This document shows, piece after piece, positions 57,312 through 64,000 of a stretch of DNA of 64,000 nucleotides. This DNA is from Aureliella sp. (GTDB lineage Bacteria > Planctomycetota > Planctomycetia > Pirellulales > Pirellulaceae), in the NCBI GenBank assembly GCA_963691875.1, contig OY829846.1:2432001-2496000 (forward strand). Reading direction: 5' to 3'. The notes beneath the pieces were generated by a model. It searched no databases and was not told the DNA's origin. It saw nothing but the letters and a program-made list of their open reading frames with translations. The stretch's first letter is position 1. Each line of letters starts with the position of its first letter. The position numbers and the translations under genes were made by a program.

Positions 57312-58481
57312 ATGAAAAAGACGAACCTATTTCTCTTTCTGTTGTTAGCAGTCTCTTGCGGCAACATCTTTGCTCAGGACAAGTCAAAGGTCGACTGGGA
57401 TGCTGCTTACGAACGACTTCTTGAGGCGGACCAAGGTGTTCGTAAGAAAATCGAAAGCGGACAAGCAACCAAAGAAGAGGTAATTAACTGGTTGAAGAAT
57501 CAAAAAGGCGATTCTGCGAAGAAGCTGGGCCAGAAGAAGCCTGCTGCAAACAAGGGCGAAGCGGAGGATCTCAGTGCCTTCAAAAACAAGCTTGCTGAAC
57601 TGGTGAAAGCCGGAAAACTCTCGAGAGAAGATGCGGCCAAACTCGCTGCGACGATGGAAACCAAGGGAGCGGTAAAGGCTGAAGTCAAGAAAGAGGATAA
57701 CGTAGATTGGGACGCCGCATATGAAAAACTGCTGGCGAACCCAGCAGCTCGTCAAAAAATTAAAAGCTCCGGGGCAACCAAAGAAGAAGTGATCGACTAT
57801 CTAAAAAGTCAAGCTGCGGCAAAAGGTGGCACAGACAAGAAGCGAGGCGTAGGTAGAGGGAAATCAGGAGCTCGGCCGGGCAGTTTCCAGTTTTACTCGC
57901 TCGTTATCGGACGCCTAAAGTCAAAAGACATTGAGCTCGGTGAGTTGGAAATGGATATTGATTATGTCATCAGTTCCCGCCCCAAATTGAATGCCGATCT
58001 CATCGGCACTCGCGTCAAACTCGTTGGGGTCTCAGGAAAATATTTGGATTCCTTGTTGCCAATCAAACGTGGCGAAACGATCAAAGTTCGAACCGGAGAC
58101 TTTAATCCCGAAACAAGAGTTCTGGGGTTTGGCTTCAAGTTTCATGTGCTTGAGCGTACAGAGCCTTTCAAGCCTGGTGATTTTGGAGTCCCACCTGAGG
58201 AGTTTCGTGGCTTCAGCGGCGAACTCTCTGGAAAGATCGTCGAGGCGGTTGGCTATGAGGTGCTGCTTCAGGTGAAACAGAGTAATCCGTCAGACGACAG
58301 CCAAGCCAAAGATGCGGCAAGCATTGTTGGCAAACGCATACGCATCGCCGGGTTCTATAACCAGCATAGTGAAGCCTTCGCAGATCTGAGCGAAGGCGAC
58401 GAGATTCGAGTCAGCGTCACTCATCGCGACACGAAAAGCGATGCCATCGACGTCACGGATAAGCTGGAAACGGTCGAGTGA
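57312..58481 (+). CDS. Secreted hypothetical protein with internal repeats
   Basis: Signal peptide; two VDWDAAYE.LL..ATKEEVI..LK.Q repeats flanking LAELVKAGKLSREDA; two beta-rich C-terminal repeats. Confidence 0.85.
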   Translation: MKKTNLFLFLLLAVSCGNIFAQDKSKVDWDAAYERLLEADQGVRKKIESGQATKEEVINWLKNQKGDSAKKLGQKKPAANKGEAEDLSAFKNKLAELVKAGKLSREDAAKLAATMETKGAVKAEVKKEDNVDWDAAYEKLLANPAARQKIKSSGATKEEVIDYLKSQAAAKGGTDKKRGVGRGKSGARPGSFQFYSLVIGRLKSKDIELGELEMDIDYVISSRPKLNADLIGTRVKLVGVSGKYLDSLLPIKRGETIKVRTGDFNPETRVLGFGFKFHVLERTEPFKPGDFGVPPEEFRGFSGELSGKIVEAVGYEVLLQVKQSNPSDDSQAKDAASIVGKRIRIAGFYNQHSEAFADLSEGDEIRVSVTHRDTKSDAIDVTDKLETVE

Positions 58482-58507
58482 TTCCAACGGAAGGCAAGGT
58501 CTACGAT

Positions 58508-61144
58508 ATGAAACACCTTATCATCCTGTTGTTGTTGCTCGCCGCATCTGTTCGGGCAGACGATGTTGTACCAATGACAATTCGCCCGGCCTCCGAGCGG
58601 TTTGCAGAGCGTGACACGCAAGGTGTCCCCGACTTTCAAAGGCACGTGGTGCCTTTACTGGGGAAACTTGGATGCAACTCGGCGAAATGTCATGGATCGT
58701 TTCAAGGGCAAGGCGAGTTTCGTTTGTCGCTGTTTGGATTCGACTTCCAGTCCGATCACGCGGCACTCCAAGCGGACGCCTACTCCGAAGAAGGCGGGCG
58801 ACTGCACGTGGGTGATCCCGCGAACAGCCTAATCGTTCTCAAGCCGACCGAGCAAACGGATCACGAGGGCGGCCTTAGATTCGAAGAAAATTCGTGGGAA
58901 CACCACCTGTTGCTTCGCTGGATCGAGTCGGGCGCAAAAGGGGCCATTGATTCGGGTGGACCAATCACGAATCATTTTGACAACGAATCCAGTGCTTTCT
59001 TTAAGGAATCCATTCGGCCCATCCTTCAGGATCATTGCTTCGAGTGCCATGGATTCAATTCCCGCAAAGGCAACCTCTCCTTAGCCAGCCGAGAAGCGTT
59101 GCTAGCTGGCGGCGATTCCGGGCCGGTTGTCGTACCGGATAAACCTGGAGAGAGTCTGTTAGCCACTGCTGTCGAGTATTCCAACGATGAACTCCAGATG
59201 CCTCCAAGTGGCAAGCTCTCAGACGAGAAGATCGCGGCATTGAAGAAGTGGATCGAGATGGGAGCTCCGTGGCCAGATGGGTATGAGGCAGCGCCGAAAG
59301 CACCGGCTCAAGTGCTCGTTGGTCTGCACCATGAACCGAACGAAATCCTCTTCAACGAGACCAAGCATAAACAGCAGATCAGGATCATCGCCGAATGGGA
59401 AGACGGTACACGCGAGGATGTGACTTGCCTCACGCGTTACCAAACAAACGACGATGCCATCGTGCGTGTAAGCCCCAACGGGGTAGCGACCTCCACAGGC
59501 ACTGGTGACACACACATCATTGCGTTCTATGACAATGGAGTGTCGGCGATTCCTGTATTGAGATCCGTCGAGCCTACGCGTGGTAACCCGACGCGTGAGC
59601 GAGGGATCAAGACTGATGACTCGGGACGCGATACTATCCCTCGGTTACGTGTCGGGCTTCTACAGGCCTCGGATCACCCAATCGACCGATTTGTTAGCGC
59701 GAAGCTCGACAAGCTTGGGATCGCTCCATCTGAACTTTGCACAGACGCTGAGTTTCTTCGCCGAGTAAGCATCGATATGACGGGAACGCTTCCCACGCCT
59801 GAGGAGGTGTTGGCTTTTATCAGCGACAGGACGGCAGAAAAACGAACTCGGAAAATCGATGAACTTCTGGAGCGGCCGAGCTACGCTGCGTGGTGGACTA
59901 ACAAGCTGTGCGACTTCACTGGGTGCAACCCAAAGTCTATTAGCAGTCTGTTGGAAGTGGCACGAGAAGATGGCTACGTCAAAGCTTCCCAGTGGTACGA
60001 CTGGATTTACGAACGCGTCGAGCGGAATGAATCATACGATTCCATTGTGGAAGGGATCATGCTGGCAGATTTGTCGGGTGGCAGCAGCGGCATGCCACAT
60101 TTCTGGACGCGACAAAGTCTTGAGGAGCCGAAAGACACTGCCATGTCCGTCGCCCATGCATTTCTTGGTATTCAGTTGCAATGCGCGGAATGCCACAAGC
60201 ATCCGTTCGATCGGTGGACCCAGGCAGACTTCAACGATTTCTCCCGGTTCTTCGATTCCGTGACCAAGACGAAAAGTCGGTCGACGACTGACGAAGACCT
60301 GGATCTTCGGCTCCTTCGTAACGGCTTGGTAACACTTCAATCCGGCGATGATCCTCGTCAGCCAATCATGGACTGGATGCAAGATCCGAAGAACCCATGG
60401 TTTGCCCGCGCATTCGTAAATCGAGTCTGGGCTGGCTATTTCAATCGGGGCATCGTCGACCCGCCAGATCAGTTCACCCCAGCGAATCCCCCAAGTCATC
60501 CGCAACTGCTCGACTGGCTTGCAAACGGGTTTGTGGAGAACAACTATGACATGAAATGGCTTCATCGACAAATAGCATCCAGCGACACGTATCAACGAAG
60601 CTGGAAGCCTAATGAATCGAACCGCAATGATCGCCGCAACTTTAGCCGGGCTATCCCGCGGCGTATTCCCGCCGAGGTGGTGTACGACGGGATGAAACAG
60701 GCGACAGCAGCAACCGATCAGCAAGACACGGTGCGAACGAATCTCAGGCGACGCGCTTCCGGTCACTTGTCAATGCGGATGGCTGGCACTCACGCCATGA
60801 AAGTTTTTGGAAAGCCAGATCGGTCGATCAACTGTGACTGCGAACGAGTGAACGAACCGACGTTACTGCAGGCTATTTTCACGCAGAACGATCCTCTCGT
60901 TCGCATGCGAATCGCCGACAGCGTCTGGATTATCGAAATCGAGGATGCGGAGGCTGCAGGCATGCGGATCGAAAATGCGGACTTAGTCCAAAAAGTCTGG
61001 TTGCGAACGGTGGGTCGTACCCCTAACGAAGAAGAGCAGCAACGGGCGATGAAGCATCTCGAATCAGCAAACTCAGTTGCCCAAGGAATTGCCGATCTGA
61101 TGTGGGCGATGCTGAACACCAAAGAATTCTTACTTAACCACTGA
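58508..61144 (+). CDS. DUF1549/DUF1553 protein with planctomycete cytochrome c domain
   Basis: GCNSAKCHG, IRPILQDHCFECH, CAECHKHP, NPWFARAFVNRVW; start placed at MKHLII. Confidence 0.92.
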   Translation: MKHLIILLLLLAASVRADDVVPMTIRPASERFAERDTQGVPDFQRHVVPLLGKLGCNSAKCHGSFQGQGEFRLSLFGFDFQSDHAALQADAYSEEGGRLHVGDPANSLIVLKPTEQTDHEGGLRFEENSWEHHLLLRWIESGAKGAIDSGGPITNHFDNESSAFFKESIRPILQDHCFECHGFNSRKGNLSLASREALLAGGDSGPVVVPDKPGESLLATAVEYSNDELQMPPSGKLSDEKIAALKKWIEMGAPWPDGYEAAPKAPAQVLVGLHHEPNEILFNETKHKQQIRIIAEWEDGTREDVTCLTRYQTNDDAIVRVSPNGVATSTGTGDTHIIAFYDNGVSAIPVLRSVEPTRGNPTRERGIKTDDSGRDTIPRLRVGLLQASDHPIDRFVSAKLDKLGIAPSELCTDAEFLRRVSIDMTGTLPTPEEVLAFISDRTAEKRTRKIDELLERPSYAAWWTNKLCDFTGCNPKSISSLLEVAREDGYVKASQWYDWIYERVERNESYDSIVEGIMLADLSGGSSGMPHFWTRQSLEEPKDTAMSVAHAFLGIQLQCAECHKHPFDRWTQADFNDFSRFFDSVTKTKSRSTTDEDLDLRLLRNGLVTLQSGDDPRQPIMDWMQDPKNPWFARAFVNRVWAGYFNRGIVDPPDQFTPANPPSHPQLLDWLANGFVENNYDMKWLHRQIASSDTYQRSWKPNESNRNDRRNFSRAIPRRIPAEVVYDGMKQATAATDQQDTVRTNLRRRASGHLSMRMAGTHAMKVFGKPDRSINCDCERVNEPTLLQAIFTQNDPLVRMRIADSVWIIEIEDAEAAGMRIENADLVQKVWLRTVGRTPNEEEQQRAMKHLESANSVAQGIADLMWAMLNTKEFLLNH
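59585..59658. repeat. REP-like inverted repeat inside a CDS, in frame
   Basis: AACCCGACGCGTGAGCGAGGGAT ... ATCCCTCGGTTACGTGTCGGGCT (19/23 complementary). Confidence 0.8.
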
Positions 61145-61151
61145 GGTCGCG

Positions 61152-62429
61152 ATGAAACACATCACACGCCGACAACTTCTAAAAGTGGGCGCGATTGGCG
61201 TGGGCCTGTCGCTTCCCCAATACTTGCGATTGCAAGCAGCCGAAAATGCCCCCCCGGACAAGCGTTCCGCAATCTTCATTTTTATGGAAGGTGCGCCTTC
61301 ACATCAGGATACGTTCGATTTGAAGCCGGACGCTCCTGTCGAATTCCGTGGTGAGTTCAAGCCGATTCCCACCAACGTGCCGGGCGTTCAAATCTGCGAG
61401 CATCTTCCGATGCTGGCCAAGCGAGCCGACAAATACGCCATCCTCCGTGGTATCACACACAACGTGGCCGATCACGGCCTCGCCAAAAAATATCTGTTGA
61501 CGGGTAACAAAGCATCACAGACAGTCAGCTACCCGGAATATGGCAGTGTGGTGAGTCACGAGTTTCCGTCACCGCCCAATTTGCCAACGTACGTATCGGT
61601 CGACGAGTCGTTTGTCGGTCCCGGTTACCTTGGTTCGCGATACAGCCCGCTGACTGCCGATAAACCGAAACATGCCGTTCCCTACAAGGTTCGAGGTGTT
61701 TCGCTTGAGGACGGCTTGACCGTCGAAAAATACACTTCACAGAAGAGACTCTTAGATGACCTCGACACTGCTTTTCGGGGTTTTGAAGATCTCGACGATC
61801 AAGTTCGCGGAATAGACCGATTCTCGCAGCAAGCTTTCGACATCATTAGCTCGCCGCAAACGCGAGCGGCATTCGATTTGTCGAAAGAAAAGCCCAGTGA
61901 AAACGATCGCTTCGGAAAACACGAGTTCGGACAATCTCTGCTGCTGGCCGCCCGGCTGATCGAATCCGGAGTCCACTTTGTCACCATTCGATTGCGTCCT
62001 GCCGAATTCGACTTCGACACGCATTCCGACAACTTTTCAAGACTGCGAACCTTGCTGCCACCGTTCGACCGAGCGCTGGCCGCGTTGATCGACCGATTGG
62101 AAGAACGTGGCTTGCTCGCATCCACCGCAATCATGGCCGCAGGAGAATTTGGCCGCACACCTCGGATCAACAAATCAGGAGGGCGAGATCATTGGGCAAG
62201 AGCGATGTGTGCCGTCATGGCAGGCGGAGAAGTGGCTGGTGGCCAGGTGATTGGCGAAACGAACGCAACGGCCGCCGAGCCAGCATCAGTCGGTTACACA
62301 CCCGACGATGTTGCCGCCTCCTTCTTCGCGAATATTGGCATCCCTCCGAACACTGAGTTTCAAACGAATGTCGGCCGCCCTATAACGCTCGTACGAGATG
62401 GCTCGCCAATCAGTAAGCTGTTTAGTTGA
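61152..62429 (+). CDS. DUF1501 domain protein
   Basis: TRRQLL, IFIFMEGAPSHQDTFD, FDTH, GEFGRTP, GRDHW. Confidence 0.93.
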   Translation: MKHITRRQLLKVGAIGVGLSLPQYLRLQAAENAPPDKRSAIFIFMEGAPSHQDTFDLKPDAPVEFRGEFKPIPTNVPGVQICEHLPMLAKRADKYAILRGITHNVADHGLAKKYLLTGNKASQTVSYPEYGSVVSHEFPSPPNLPTYVSVDESFVGPGYLGSRYSPLTADKPKHAVPYKVRGVSLEDGLTVEKYTSQKRLLDDLDTAFRGFEDLDDQVRGIDRFSQQAFDIISSPQTRAAFDLSKEKPSENDRFGKHEFGQSLLLAARLIESGVHFVTIRLRPAEFDFDTHSDNFSRLRTLLPPFDRALAALIDRLEERGLLASTAIMAAGEFGRTPRINKSGGRDHWARAMCAVMAGGEVAGGQVIGETNATAAEPASVGYTPDDVAASFFANIGIPPNTEFQTNVGRPITLVRDGSPISKLFS

Positions 62430-62795
62430 TGACCTCATGCGGTCTTTGAATCGTCATTTCCGTTTCGAGATCGACGTAAGTTGTTGATACAAAAGGCCTC
62501 CAACTCAATGAGCCCGTGTTCGCATAGTGGATGATTCGGTAAGCGAGATATGAAGACTTCGTGCGCCGTCGCAACCGCAAAGGTCGGTTTCACCCCCGCA
62601 ACTTACGGTGACGCACAATCTGCCGAATTCGATGCAGCCGAGGCGAGTTATTGGGACCGCGCCTCTGCCGTGTAGCAGTTCATTTAACGCCCTTGTGTTC
62701 CCGGCACAAAAGACGTTCGCCCGCACGGCGAGGAGTGGTCTCGATATGCCGACGCACTTTGATTGTCTAGTGACAATGAACATTGAATTGGTCCT

Positions 62796-64000
62796 CTAAT
62801 TCTCAATTCGGATGTCATCGACGAAAAACTCGACGACTTTCGATCCGTGATAGCTTGACCAATGGAATGGTGTTTTGATGCGGGTCAAGTCTTTGCCATC
62901 CAAGTCGATTTCGTATTGCTTCCATTCTTTGGTTAGCTTCACCGGAAGGTTGCTTTTGGCTGTGTCAAAGTAAGTTTCGCTCGGGCCAATGCCGCCAAGA
63001 GCGAAGGTAACTTCTTCTCCACCGTTGGCGCCGCGGGCCCAAAACGTGAGACGCTTTGCGCCTGAGAAATCGAAGCCGCCAGCGCGCCCTCCCCAGTCAC
63101 CTGCTGGGTGTTGCCAGTTCACTCCGGACCAAGCGCCAGCCGGTGCGTGAATCTGCAAGCAGCTTGATCCTGAATGTGGTCTATCTTTCCAGTCGAAGTT
63201 CATTTTGATCTGCCCCGACTTGTCACCCATGTAGCCACTTGGCGAATACGGTTGTTGGGGCCGGCGGTCTGAGTAGAGACTGTATGGCAGTTTGAGTGGT
63301 TTGGCTTTGACTAACTCTACCTTGCGTTTGATCGTAACAGTTGTGGTTGCAGTCGCCGCGTTACCTTCGCCGTCGAATACGTAAGCGTATACGCGAAAGG
63401 CCCCCAAGGCTGGTGGAGTGATTGTCGCTTCGTTGCTGGCGGGGTCGCTGTGTTTGATTGCCTGGAACAGGTTTTTGTTGGAACTGATGTGATCGCCACC
63501 GACTGTCGCGCGAAGCTCCCGTTTCAGCTCAAAGCGGTAGGAAAGGTCATCATCGTCTCGATCTGAAGCGACAACAGAAAACGTGATAGGCTGGCCGGCG
63601 AAAGCAACGTGTTCGAGCGGCGTTACGTTGAAGGACTCAATATTTGGACACCAGTTTGCGGGCGGCTTACCTTCAAACAATTCGTGGAAGACTTCTGCGC
63701 CGGCCAGTCGCTCGCCGCTATCCAACCACTGACCGAAGTATGTGTCTGTCTTTTCGATCTTCTTCCCCCACACGAAACTGTAGCCGCCGAAACAGAAACC
63801 GGGGTGTCTTGCGATACCTTGCTGGTAGATTCTGCGATAGATCTCAGCTTTTTCAGTGCTGGTTGGTTCCTTCGTCAAGCCAAACTGATCGCGCGGCTGC
63901 AGTGGGGGTCCGTACTCGGTGACGATACATGGCTTGTCAAGTTTTGCGTTCTTGTAGCGTCCGACAATCGTGTAGACGCTGTCGTAGGCGTTCAGTCCGA
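62796..64000 (-). CDS. Clan GH-A (GH2-like) glycoside hydrolase with C-terminal carbohydrate-binding module; 5' end outside the window
   Basis: Frame open to the window edge: GLNAY..KPCIVTEYGP (nucleophile-like Glu), GGYSFVWG; C-terminal PSGYMGD..LTFWARG..WKQYEIDL..VDDI. Confidence 0.8.
   Translation of the reverse strand, partial: GLNAYDSVYTIVGRYKNAKLDKPCIVTEYGPPLQPRDQFGLTKEPTSTEKAEIYRRIYQQGIARHPGFCFGGYSFVWGKKIEKTDTYFGQWLDSGERLAGAEVFHELFEGKPPANWCPNIESFNVTPLEHVAFAGQPITFSVVASDRDDDDLSYRFELKRELRATVGGDHISSNKNLFQAIKHSDPASNEATITPPALGAFRVYAYVFDGEGNAATATTTVTIKRKVELVKAKPLKLPYSLYSDRRPQQPYSPSGYMGDKSGQIKMNFDWKDRPHSGSSCLQIHAPAGAWSGVNWQHPAGDWGGRAGGFDFSGAKRLTFWARGANGGEEVTFALGGIGPSETYFDTAKSNLPVKLTKEWKQYEIDLDGKDLTRIKTPFHWSSYHGSKVVEFFVDDIRIEN

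Noticed and set aside
62580..62610. Third att copy closing cassette 2 (TTCACCCCCGCAACTT)
   Set aside because: Too weak a match to the tRNA end and lacks the hairpin and 30-mer; the right boundary is unresolved

Overview
Bacterial chromosomal window, almost certainly from a planctomycete. The basis is three DUF1549/DUF1553 + DUF1501 gene pairs, FecR-coupled ECF sigma factors, a sulfatase and planctomycete-style REP palindromes. Positions 1-43.9 kb hold mixed housekeeping and accessory genes: rlmN, a histidine-decarboxylase-family/ACT pair, pstSCAB, a stand-alone GyrB-type TOPRIM protein, a FabH-like enzyme, a hybrid type I PKS-NRPS cluster, a sulfatase, redoxins and panE, plus several eroded gene remnants. 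One redoxin (41568-42554, minus) is split by an in-frame TGA in a UxxC motif followed by a SECIS-like hairpin, so it is a likely selenoprotein. After tRNA-Pro(TGG) at 43873 come two paralogous ~9-kb cassettes (ECF sigma, FecR-like anti-sigma, secreted proteins, DUF1549/1553, DUF1501). Each is preceded by a copy of the same att-like module, and no integrase is in view. The anti-sigma factors and several cargo proteins share a short 'LxxxVKAGKLTREDA' (SHOCT-like) motif, the best candidate here for an undescribed signalling or assembly system. All family assignments come from motif recognition by eye; no database searches were run.
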